From the sequence record OP123707.1: a stretch of DNA of 64,000 nucleotides; one strand, written 5' to 3'. Made by a program: the position numbers and the translations under genes. The notes beneath the pieces are model-generated. The model made no database searches. It was not told the DNA's origin and worked only from the letters and a program-made list of their open reading frames with translations. Below are positions 35,334 to 45,800 of this stretch, in pieces (within the stretch, counting starts at the first letter, position 1; the number at the start of each line of letters is the position of its first letter).

Positions 35334-38300
35334 GAAAACTTTAACTAGTCCGGAGACTCAAGCCGTTATTCCGGGAGCTGGTCCTCAGCTCCCTAATGAT
35401 AATGAGGCGAGTCGCATTCACTATATCTGGGACATCTACAACCCAGATACAGTTAAGTCGGGCGAAGAAAGTCGTTATCGTGTACCAAAAGAGAAAGAAG
35501 TGGTCGTTGACCCTGTTGCTCAACAATGGTACATCGTAACGCACGTTAACTGGGAAGGGGACTTACGTTCAACGTTAGAACCTATCTTTGTTACCGGTGG
35601 CGAAGGGGACGTGGATCCACTGAACTCCATCTTTGGCTTGCCTGCGGGTTACCAAGGGGAAGCGATCGTGGGTATCGATTACTCGGTTCGTCCTAACCGC
35701 GCGGTCATTGACGGTCAAGTAATGGCTCCGGGTGCCGCTTACGGCTTGCTGTATGAAGGTAATACCGTTGGTGAGAACGGCAAAGTGATTTCGGTTCTTT
35801 ACGGTAGTAACGGTGAGATGATCTCTAACCGCATTCCTACGGAACTGGCTGCGCACCACGATTTGACCAACAAAGAGATCATGGTTACTCAACCATTCTC
35901 GGTTAACCGTAATGCGGAAGAGTTGCCTGATGGTAGTCGTTGTACGTTGGTGTGGTTTGACCATACTGGAAACATGATACCAAAAGCGCGTTCACTATCG
36001 GTTCAACACACGTCGTTGTTGCGTGACCACCAAGTGGGTAAACGCTACATCCGTAAAGTGGAATTGATCGCGCCATGGTTCTTGTCGTCTGCGGATCCTA
36101 AGACCCTGCACATCCCAGTTAACACTGTGTTGCAGAACTTGTCGTTCCGTGCGGTGGTTCACTACAGTGATGGTTCAAAATCGGAAGAGTTACCGATTGA
36201 TGGTCAGAAGGTTATTTTGTACGGCCTGAATGAGCACAAACCGTCGACTCCAAGTCAACGTGGTACTTTGACTCTGGTTTACAACCTTGACCGCGATGAA
36301 CACATCTACGAAGCACAAGCAGGTAACCCGAACCAATACCGTGATTCATACTCGCTGTTAGCGGTTGAGTTCGATGGTGCTTACTCACCGAAGCTTTACT
36401 CGTACCCAACTTGGGTCAATGGTCAGTACTTGTTGAAACACTACCTGACCGACTTAGATCGTTCGTTCATTATTGATGCAACCGATCACGTTCGTATTAA
36501 CGAGTTGTCTCCAGCCTTCCGTCCTACGACATACGGCGTGGAACAAACGTTAGAACTGAACCTGCGTTTAAGTGACGTGGTTCCTACGTTCGAACCAATG
36601 ATCATGCGTCAGTCCACCACGTTTATTTTGAAAACCCCAGGTACTGAAGATGGTAGTAAGTTTGATGTTCGTTATTCTTACGATCAGCGCGCTTACAATG
36701 ATCCTACTTTCCGTGCGGTCAACCAAGCGGACGGTCGTCAACAGATTGAATTTGGTGGGGGTTTCGAAACCCAAGAAGAATGGTTGGATGAACTGTATCA
36801 TGCAGTGGAGCCTGCCTACAACACCCGACGTGAACGCGGGCCGATGGCACCGACTCACTTTGAAGTTGAAGCAAGTTCTGGTAAGGTCTACAGTTTTGAA
36901 CTGTCTCAGTGGGATGAGAAAATCTACTTGGATACGCAAGAGCCTCAAGCCCGTACGATCTTCGTACGCTGGGTGCACGAAACGATCCAAGGCGAGAAAC
37001 TGCTGCTGGCCACCACAGGTATCTCCATCGACGTGGTTGAAGGTCCGAGCACAGAAACACCAGAACCTACTTCTATCGAATTTGACTCTTCAATGGTCAC
37101 TGAAATAGGCGAAGGTGAAGTGTTTGAGGTTTCCGGTGTGGTTTATGACCAAAACGGTAAACCAATGAAGGATGGTTTAACAACCCTTCTTGTACGTGGT
37201 GGCGTGTTCCACGCTGTAGCTCCACGTAAGATCGAAGTGAAGATCGACGGTTCATTCCGCTTCTACACTTGGTCTGAGAAAGCAGTGGGTGAAACACAAA
37301 CCCTTGAATTTGCTTTCGAAACCGGTAAAGCCCCTGTTTACTTTACCACAAGAGACATTGACATCGTCGAGAACGATTTCGAAGTCGTTAACGAGTTTTA
37401 CCCTTACTCTCCTACAAAAGTGAGTGTCAACAAACCAGCGCGTGCGTTCGGTTACATGACGGATGGAGATGGCAACCGTTTGACGGATTACCAATTCTAC
37501 TCATTGGTGGGTGATGACCTTGACTCCATTAAAGTCGAATCAACTGACGATAACGGTGACTTCCTATTAAGCCGTTTCCACGGTGGAAGTGAATCGCTTG
37601 CAATCATTAACGTGAAAGCAGGTGGTACTGATGACGTTCGTACGTTGAGTTGGATTGAAGGGGAATCTTACGGTGACCGTATCACGATTGACCAACTAGA
37701 TTGGACTTACGTGGGCACAGAACAAATGGCATTGACCGGTCGCGTCTACGATCAGTTTGGTGACTTGGTTTCTGACGTGTCAACTACTGTAGGTTTCGGT
37801 CCTCAATGGAATCCGGCGAGCGTAACTAAGACGGGTCTTCAAGGTTCGTACGTGTTGAACCACGCTTACATGGAACCGGGTGATGCTTATGACATCGTTG
37901 TGTGGACAGACAATGATTTCGTCTTCGCTACTGTAACGTGGGAAGAAGAAGTAGTAGTTGCCGACCGCATCGTGATGGACAGCACTAACCCAGATGAAGC
38001 GCCGGCAGGCACTACGGTTCGTATCACTGGTAAGTTGGTGGATCTTGACGGTAACGACTTTGTAAGCGACAGTCAAACTCCAATTACGGTTACTCGTTTG
38101 GGTAGCGGTGAGAACAACCTGATTTACGCAGGTTTGGATGGTAAGTTTGAATACGAAGTGGGTCCGTTCAATGACTGGGAAGTTACAACGTTCTTGTTCG
38201 AATTGGCGGGCAAACCTCCGGTTACGCACACTGTCACCTGGATGGGTGAACCAGCGAAGCTGAATACCTTGAAGTTTGATACTGGTCTGGCAACAGAAAC

Positions 38301-41300
38301 CAAAGTGGGTCTACCAATCACTCTAATGGGTGATGCGATTGACCAACACGGTAAGTTGTTTGCCCCGGGTGTACCGTTTGAATTTGAAGTGGAGTATGCT
38401 GGTAAGACTGGCATGGCGTCATCACCGGGTGATGGTCGCTGGAGTTACTCAGCGAATAATGACACTGAAGGCGATGTACTGTTTACCTTCAAGTCAGACA
38501 CTCGTGTAGTGGGTACTTACACCATCAAGTTCGCAGGTGAGATCTTCATTCGCCCTCTACCAAACGTAGACATGGAGTACCGTATTCCAACGGGTGAGTC
38601 AATGACGGTTGGTTGGTACGTTGTGGATGAAAACAACGACATTGTTGTAGGTCAACGAGTTGACATCAAACAAACGCTGCCGATTGAAAACAACTTGGGT
38701 TACGGTATCACCGACAAGTATGGTAAGTTTGAATACACGGTTCCTTATTACCCAGCGGGCTTCGGAGAAATCTACGGTTACGCGGGTGTGAAAGAAGCAC
38801 CAATCACATTGGCTTGGAGAGATGAAGAAGACATTGGTTTCACTATCTCGTCATTCAGTGCTCCACAATACGTTTACAATGGCGTGACTGCGTTAGTGCG
38901 TGCGATCGTTCGTAACGAAAATGGGGAGGCGCTTGACACTGGTCGATTGATGTGTTACAGCCGTGACACGTACACCTTAGTGGATCTGATTCCTTACGAC
39001 GCAAACAACATGCCGGAAGGTAACGTTGAGTTGAACGGATGGAACGGTAACCTACTGGATGGTGAACAAGCATACTGGGTTGGCCCATTACCGGAAGGCA
39101 AGCACGACTTGGTGTTCTTCACTGAGAGTGAGACCAAGCTATGGCCGATGACATGGCGTGTGTACGATAAAGAGCTGTCTCGTATCGAACTAGCGGAAGA
39201 CACAGCAACAAAAGCACTGACCCCAACTGATGCGCCTACGGTTTACATCAGAGGTACAGGTATCGCAGGAGATGAGTCGGTCTTCCTACCATCAACTCCG
39301 AAACCAGTAACATGGGAAGGCAGTGACGGCACTAGTGGTAATACGGTAGTGAACGTAGACGGTAGTGTGGGTTACTACATTACTAATGTTGCAGGCCCAG
39401 GTACAGTGGTGTACACCATTAAAGATGGTGCGCGTATTCTGGCAACGTTCGAAATCGAATACATCAATGGTACTCTAACGGAACTACCTTACTCTCAAAC
39501 CATGCGTTTGACGGGTGAATCGGCTATCGTAGCTTGGGGTGTCCGTGATGAGAATGATCAAGCCGTAGAAGGTCTGACCTTGCTGAAAGCAATTAACCCA
39601 GTGGAAAATGAAATCTACACGAACGGTATTACCGATGAGTGGGGTATCATGGAGCTGGTGTTGGATAGCACAGACGCAATCCCAGGTTCAACTAAGGTAA
39701 CGGTCAACTTTGATCCAGAAAACCCAACAGTAGCACTGATCAACACAACCACAACACTAGGCGGCGACGCTGATATTGTTGAAATGACGGCAGGTACGGC
39801 TTACGTTCGTGCGGAAGCTGAACCAAGAAGTCAAACTGTGTCTTGGTTCGAACCAGGTACAACGGATCCATTGATGGCTAACGTCACCGATGTAACGTTT
39901 GCATCTGAACCAGGTTATGGCCTAGGTGAAGTGAAACTCTTCACTGGTGTTGAAGGGGTAAGTGGTGTAACACAACCAACAGCGAACTTTGTGATCTTCG
40001 ATAAAGGTTCGTTCGATTACGTGGATTGTGGTACAACATCTGAAGAAGGTGAACGTCCTCCTTACTACGATTTCCAAGGCGATGGTTCTTTGGAAGCGGA
40101 TATTCGCGGCGGTGCATCGTGGGATGGTACTCGTCATCTGTTGTTCGCAACGGGTTACGACATCCACGAAGAAACTGTTGAGTGGGTAGGGGAAGAGAAA
40201 CCAGTAGCAGGTCTAGCAGTACTGCCTTACTCTAACGTTGCACAGGTTACACAAAACGAGGGCTTCGTTGCCATCGGTGCAATGACAGAAGAAGGTGAAG
40301 GTGTTCCAAACATTCCAGTGACTATGAGTCTAGGTGCCCAAGGTGCTCAAACTCAAACGGTGTTGACGGATGAATTTGGTATCGCTGAGTTCACATTACC
40401 AAGCAATGACGGACAAGGTACAGATTGGACTGGTCCAACTGACATCTTTGTGTCGTACGCTCACCACACTACGGACTGGAACATCGCTTGGGGTGCTTCG
40501 GCAGCTATGGCGACAACGCAAGTTCGTTGGTCAGATCACACCGAAACAGTAGGTGCTGGCTCTGAGGGTGTTATTGCAGCGGTAATGATGGGTGTGAACA
40601 ACACAGTTATCAATGCTCCTCAGTTGATGGCGTTCAACAAGACCACCATGAATCTTGTTCCTGTAACACCGCATAATAACCTTCAGAACATGTTCTACGG
40701 TCACATCGAAGCGCAGCCTGAAGGGGTTAATGCATTCGTGTTCTCTACACCATACACGCACTTCGAAAGAACTCTGACGTGGGTTGCGGAACCAGCGAAA
40801 GATTGGGATGGCATCGATTGGGTAATTGCGAACGACTCTCCTGAGGTTGTATCAACGTTTGCAACAAACTTCATTGATGGTAAACTGTTGTCTTGGACTG
40901 CGGAAACTGGTGAACAACCAATGCGCATCATGGGTCCTGTAACGGTGGATTACCGTCGTTCAGATGGTTCTGGTGCAGGTACGGCTTACGCTCTACCTGA
41001 TGGTACTGTGTCTATCCCTGTGGGTAGTCCGACAGAACTCGAAGAGATCTGGAGCTTCACAGATAACGACCGTGAGGTCGCAAGTAAGACTGTTAAGTTT
41101 ATTGACGGCGCAACCGTTGACTTTACAGGCTACAGCCATAGCGATGCGGTAACAGGCACAAGTGCGCATGTATCGGCGTTTGTGAAAGATGCAGAGGGTA
41201 ACGGTGTTCCTAACGCAACCATCGTGTTCGCACTAAGCAACTTCAGTAACGTACCATTCGCGAAAGTTAAGACCGACCAGTTCGGTATTGCGGAAGCGGC

Positions 41301-42771
41301 ATTGGCATGGGACGAGTTGTTGTACGGCGGCAACCCAGTGGTGACGTTCGGTCCAAGTACAGAAACGAAAGTGGTCACTTGGTCTGATGTGAACGACATC
41401 GTACAGTTCCCAGCGAACTTCGGTCTACTGAACTTTGCTACTCAAGCGGAACTTCCTAACCAGCTAACTGTGAACGGTACTATCCTGACGCAGAACGGCA
41501 ACCAAGGTGGAGATTACGGTTACGTTAAAGTGTTCTCGAAAGAGACCTTAACCACCGTTGATCTAAGCGCGGGCATGACAACTGATGGTTCATTCAACAG
41601 CAGTTACGGTCCTTTCTTGGAAGGCGGTAACACCGTCGTGTTCGCTGTGAACGGTTACCACCAAGTTGAAGAAGTGGTTTGGAACGAGAAGCCTATGGAA
41701 CTGGCTGAACTACGAGTGACTCCGTTCATCTCTAGTTTCGCTAAGACCGGTAGCACAATGACTGTGACAGGTAACGCATTCCAGGCGAGTGGTGAAGCCT
41801 TCACTCCAGACTCTGCGGTAACGTTTGATGCAATCAACGTCGCTACGGATGAAGTGGTGAAAGGTACGATCAACCCAGATGGTACTTGGACCGTTGATGT
41901 GGGTAGCGCAGTAGAAGGTGAAGTAACATACACGTTCACGGAAGAGAACGATGAATGGACAACCTTCGGTGACTTCGTAATGACTTGGTACGCAAATGCG
42001 ACCTTCCGTCCTGCGGCGTACACGACTGAACGCACCCACCTAGGAAGTACGGCTTACGTAGCGTATGTATTCCAAGACCAGAATGGTAACCCTATAGTAG
42101 GAGAAACATTTGCAGCGGCAGTTGACAACCAAGTTGACGAAGAAGTAGCCAATGCAGTGGCGGTAACCAACGAGTTTGGTATTGCTACGTTTGACGTTCC
42201 TTACGTACAGGGTCGTAACCAAATCGAAGTCTACGGTGAGTTCGGTGGTATCGGTCACTTTGATTCCATCGATTGGGTTAGCGAAAGCATCCATGTGGGT
42301 ACTGAGTTTACTCAAGTGGTTCACCCAGAAGTCATTGGAGTTGGTGATACGTTCCGCATTACTGGTTCGGTGTTGGATACCCAAGGTAACCCAACAACAG
42401 TCAGCGATGTTGGTATCTTTGACCTACAATCTCTAGATTGGGTGGAAGCGCAAGCAACCACTGGTGGTAATTTCGTGGTTGAGTACACTCCTCAGGGTGA
42501 AGGTCCGCAGTACATCGCACTTTACACTGAAGCGTACTTCCAGATGTTCGAGTACACCACTGATGGCGAGTTCGTGAAGATCGACCAAGTGAACGTGTTG
42601 GATGGTTCTAACAAATATATCCTAATCGACGGTGCCGCGGTTCTACCGAAGCCTGAAGAGTTGGTTATTGAGTTGAGTCCAGACAACCCTCAGTATGTAT
42701 TGGTTGAAGCCCCAGTCGTGATCACTACTTCAACAGACCCGGATAGCCCAGATACCATTCTGGTAGAATAA
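35326..42771 (+). CDS. phiKZ gp26-like virion protein (first ~570 aa) fused to a long chain of Ig-like (Big-type) repeats
   Basis: ATG 35326 follows GAGG. Linker GPSTETPEP at about 37041-37070. After it, ~90-100-aa acidic beta-rich units recur with motifs D..G.P, TD..G.A/F, DG.W/F and a terminal V.W. Confidence 0.75.
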   Translation: MFEKTLTSPETQAVIPGAGPQLPNDNEASRIHYIWDIYNPDTVKSGEESRYRVPKEKEVVVDPVAQQWYIVTHVNWEGDLRSTLEPIFVTGGEGDVDPLNSIFGLPAGYQGEAIVGIDYSVRPNRAVIDGQVMAPGAAYGLLYEGNTVGENGKVISVLYGSNGEMISNRIPTELAAHHDLTNKEIMVTQPFSVNRNAEELPDGSRCTLVWFDHTGNMIPKARSLSVQHTSLLRDHQVGKRYIRKVELIAPWFLSSADPKTLHIPVNTVLQNLSFRAVVHYSDGSKSEELPIDGQKVILYGLNEHKPSTPSQRGTLTLVYNLDRDEHIYEAQAGNPNQYRDSYSLLAVEFDGAYSPKLYSYPTWVNGQYLLKHYLTDLDRSFIIDATDHVRINELSPAFRPTTYGVEQTLELNLRLSDVVPTFEPMIMRQSTTFILKTPGTEDGSKFDVRYSYDQRAYNDPTFRAVNQADGRQQIEFGGGFETQEEWLDELYHAVEPAYNTRRERGPMAPTHFEVEASSGKVYSFELSQWDEKIYLDTQEPQARTIFVRWVHETIQGEKLLLATTGISIDVVEGPSTETPEPTSIEFDSSMVTEIGEGEVFEVSGVVYDQNGKPMKDGLTTLLVRGGVFHAVAPRKIEVKIDGSFRFYTWSEKAVGETQTLEFAFETGKAPVYFTTRDIDIVENDFEVVNEFYPYSPTKVSVNKPARAFGYMTDGDGNRLTDYQFYSLVGDDLDSIKVESTDDNGDFLLSRFHGGSESLAIINVKAGGTDDVRTLSWIEGESYGDRITIDQLDWTYVGTEQMALTGRVYDQFGDLVSDVSTTVGFGPQWNPASVTKTGLQGSYVLNHAYMEPGDAYDIVVWTDNDFVFATVTWEEEVVVADRIVMDSTNPDEAPAGTTVRITGKLVDLDGNDFVSDSQTPITVTRLGSGENNLIYAGLDGKFEYEVGPFNDWEVTTFLFELAGKPPVTHTVTWMGEPAKLNTLKFDTGLATETKVGLPITLMGDAIDQHGKLFAPGVPFEFEVEYAGKTGMASSPGDGRWSYSANNDTEGDVLFTFKSDTRVVGTYTIKFAGEIFIRPLPNVDMEYRIPTGESMTVGWYVVDENNDIVVGQRVDIKQTLPIENNLGYGITDKYGKFEYTVPYYPAGFGEIYGYAGVKEAPITLAWRDEEDIGFTISSFSAPQYVYNGVTALVRAIVRNENGEALDTGRLMCYSRDTYTLVDLIPYDANNMPEGNVELNGWNGNLLDGEQAYWVGPLPEGKHDLVFFTESETKLWPMTWRVYDKELSRIELAEDTATKALTPTDAPTVYIRGTGIAGDESVFLPSTPKPVTWEGSDGTSGNTVVNVDGSVGYYITNVAGPGTVVYTIKDGARILATFEIEYINGTLTELPYSQTMRLTGESAIVAWGVRDENDQAVEGLTLLKAINPVENEIYTNGITDEWGIMELVLDSTDAIPGSTKVTVNFDPENPTVALINTTTTLGGDADIVEMTAGTAYVRAEAEPRSQTVSWFEPGTTDPLMANVTDVTFASEPGYGLGEVKLFTGVEGVSGVTQPTANFVIFDKGSFDYVDCGTTSEEGERPPYYDFQGDGSLEADIRGGASWDGTRHLLFATGYDIHEETVEWVGEEKPVAGLAVLPYSNVAQVTQNEGFVAIGAMTEEGEGVPNIPVTMSLGAQGAQTQTVLTDEFGIAEFTLPSNDGQGTDWTGPTDIFVSYAHHTTDWNIAWGASAAMATTQVRWSDHTETVGAGSEGVIAAVMMGVNNTVINAPQLMAFNKTTMNLVPVTPHNNLQNMFYGHIEAQPEGVNAFVFSTPYTHFERTLTWVAEPAKDWDGIDWVIANDSPEVVSTFATNFIDGKLLSWTAETGEQPMRIMGPVTVDYRRSDGSGAGTAYALPDGTVSIPVGSPTELEEIWSFTDNDREVASKTVKFIDGATVDFTGYSHSDAVTGTSAHVSAFVKDAEGNGVPNATIVFALSNFSNVPFAKVKTDQFGIAEAALAWDELLYGGNPVVTFGPSTETKVVTWSDVNDIVQFPANFGLLNFATQAELPNQLTVNGTILTQNGNQGGDYGYVKVFSKETLTTVDLSAGMTTDGSFNSSYGPFLEGGNTVVFAVNGYHQVEEVVWNEKPMELAELRVTPFISSFAKTGSTMTVTGNAFQASGEAFTPDSAVTFDAINVATDEVVKGTINPDGTWTVDVGSAVEGEVTYTFTEENDEWTTFGDFVMTWYANATFRPAAYTTERTHLGSTAYVAYVFQDQNGNPIVGETFAAAVDNQVDEEVANAVAVTNEFGIATFDVPYVQGRNQIEVYGEFGGIGHFDSIDWVSESIHVGTEFTQVVHPEVIGVGDTFRITGSVLDTQGNPTTVSDVGIFDLQSLDWVEAQATTGGNFVVEYTPQGEGPQYIALYTEAYFQMFEYTTDGEFVKIDQVNVLDGSNKYILIDGAAVLPKPEELVIELSPDNPQYVLVEAPVVITTSTDPDSPDTILVE

Positions 42772-42811
42772 CCGGTAAGGATCAAGTAACAAACACTTAG
42801 GTGTTAACAGA

Positions 42812-42837
42812 ATGAAGGGGAGGCAACTCCCCTTCAT
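42812..42837 (+). terminator. Terminator
   Basis: ATGAAGGGGAG-gcaa-CTCCCCTTCAT followed by a T-tract. Confidence 0.85.
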
Positions 42838-42896
42838 CCTTTTTCTTTCAATAAAGTAAACAGCAAATTTAATTAACCTAATTAATGGAGTTAACA

Positions 42897-45800
42897 ATGA
42901 TTGGGATTATTAAGGGTAATATACTGGATGCCGATGGTGTACCCATCAATCCCGGCAAACCAGTAACCATCACAGGTAAACGTAGTGACGGTGGCGATGA
43001 CATCACACTCGTAACCGAGAATGATGGTACGTGGACCTTTGACATCTCCTCCACTGAAATTGGTGAATGTATGATTACGTTCATGTACGGTGGTTTGCAA
43101 GTCGGTCAATACGGCGTCTGGTTCGTGGACGATGTCAATCTGCAAGTCCTTCCTTATTCTAGCAAAACAACCCATCAAGGTCGTGGTGCACTAGTTGCGT
43201 GGGCGGTTACCGATGTTGAAGGTAACGGCATCCCGAATGCTCCACTCACTATTTACGATAACGGCACGGACCCGGCTCCGATTGCAGTTGTCACCACTGA
43301 TGAATTTGGTATCGCTGAATTATCGGTTCCGGCAACCAATGGCCAAGGTGAAGAAACAGTTGGGTTCCGTCGCTTCCACGGTACTATCGGGAAACAAATG
43401 TCCAGCCACGCAGTGGAATGGATTACGACTGACGATCAAATCGCGTATGTCTTTGATGACGTTAAATACACCGCAGAAGTTGAAGCAGGTGGTAGTGCGG
43501 TTATTTCAGCTCGTCTATTAGACCAAAACAATGTGATGGTCGACGCCCCTACGTTTGGTGTGTTTAACAAAAACACTTTAGAAGTTACCACAGGTGGTGC
43601 TTACATGACGGCTGATGGTTTAATCGTCAGCACACCAGCAGATCAGGGTCAGGGCGTAAGTACACTTTACCTTTACTCTGAGAACGCTCGTCATGAGATG
43701 ACCGTGGAATGGCAAGATCAGTTATCTGAAGCAGTTGCGAGCATTGAACTTGTTGCACCAGATGCAGTTGTGTTCCCAACGGGTGATGACGGCACGGTAA
43801 TGCACGGTACTGCGCTCAACGCAGCGGGTGACCCAGTAACGATTCGTAACGAAGTGAAATTCGACACGAAGTCTGATGGAGTGAATGACGGTTTTGGTTT
43901 AGTACTGGCTGATGCCTCCTTTGCTATTTTGATGCAAGCCTTTACAGCCACAACTAAAACTCGTGAGATCGCTCTTAATGGCACCACACTCTTTAATAAA
44001 GAGTATGAGTATCGTAATGGTTTAACCATTGCTAAATGTGAGTACGGCAATGACGAAATCCCAACTGGAGCTGATGGTTTCGTTGCTTTCGCTATCACTG
44101 ACGGTGATGGTGAGATCGTACATGGTGCTGCGGTCACTTACACAAAGAGTAACGGGCAGCGTTATTACACAAACAGTCCTTTGGATGGCAATGGTCTTCT
44201 TGAAATCCCAGTGTCTCAAGATGGCAACGAAGGTCGTACGTACGAAGAAGTGCGCGCAACGATTGGTGACGTAACCGCGGTCTCCGGTGCCTACTGGCGT
44301 CCATCGAACATTTCAGTCGGTACCACACTTCAGGACATCGTGTTCCCAACATCGTCTAAGGATGATGAAGTTATCCGTATCATGGGTACACTGAATGACC
44401 AGAATGGCGTAGGTGTATCTAACGTTAAGTTGGGTATGTTCAACGTTTCTACGTTGGGTTACGAAGAGTTTGGCCTAGATGGTGCTATTCAGCTAGACGG
44501 TAGTTTCGAGTTTGACTACGGTCCATTAGGGGTCGGTGAACACGAATTGATTCTGGCTACTAACGCCGCAGTAGAACGTCGTGACACGGTATGGACGTCA
44601 AGTATCCCTGCGTTCGATACATTGGTGGCGGAAAGCTACGGTACCGACATTAGTGAACCAGGCGCTACTGATATGCTTCCGGTAGCCGCTATTGACGTCG
44701 ATGGTAAGGGTGTTCCAGGCGTTCCGGTGACGCTCTACAAGTCTGATGTGAACAGCACTCAAGGTGAAGAGATCACTACGGTTACTACTGATGAGTTCGG
44801 TGTTGCTGAATTCATTTTGACTCCACCGATTACAGATTCGACAGTAGACGGTACAGAATACTACTTGGCGAAAGTGCGCGATAAAACAGTTCGCACCCAG
44901 ATCTATCGTCATCCAACTCGACCAGCCGCTGGTGGGTTTGTTAATGTGGCGTTCCCTTCAGTTGCCCCAGTGGGCAGCCGTCTCTTAGTATCTGCTGATT
45001 TAGTGGGCACCGATGGCGAACCAGCACTAGTCGGTGGGACATTTACTGTTTGGAGTAAGACTTCACGTCAACATATTCATGCCTGGAACAATACCTACGG
45101 AAACACTGTGACATTGAGTATCGCTCCATTGCCGGAAGGTTCTCACACATTGGTACTTGGTCTTGGGGGCAGCACAGCTTGGCACGAATTTGAAGTTAAC
45201 GTTTCTAGTGCCGTTAGCGAAACACTTCCAGCAAGCATTGTTATTGATCCGTTATCACCAACAATTGGTGGTGTGGGGCAAGACGTACCTATCATTGGTC
45301 GCGCTCTGGATGGAGCAGGTGATCCTTACATCCCTAACTCAGCTATTCAGATTCAAGCGAGAGATGAAGCTAAGTCGTATTACGGTTATGCACACATCGA
45401 AGCGGACGGTACCTTCACCATTCTTTACGAATTGCAAGCGCTGGGCGATACATCATTGTTCATCGAAGAATCGAATGTTGAAACCTCATTGGGTAACTGG
45501 GCATTAACAGCCCGCGATGACCTAACACTATCGGTATCGGAATCGACTACAGAGCGTCCAGCTCACGGTGATCCAGCAACGATCATTGGTCGTGTTGTAG
45601 ATTCAACAGGTGATCCGGTAGAAGGTGCTTGGTTGGAATACACAGATTCTTACGATGTCCTGGGCTCTGGTGCCACTGATGTGAATGGTTACTTGGTTTC
45701 TGAAGTTCCTTTCCGTCACAAGTACGCAAGCTTCGACTTCCAAGCGAAGATGGGCGACTTAACATCAGGTGTAGACGTTAGTCTTGCTTGGGCTCCAGAA

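Noticed and set aside
42772-42896. Readthrough or frameshift joining the anchored protein to fibre protein 1
   Set aside because: The TAA stop is followed by 125 nt containing a strong terminator and a separate RBS. No slippery site was evident.
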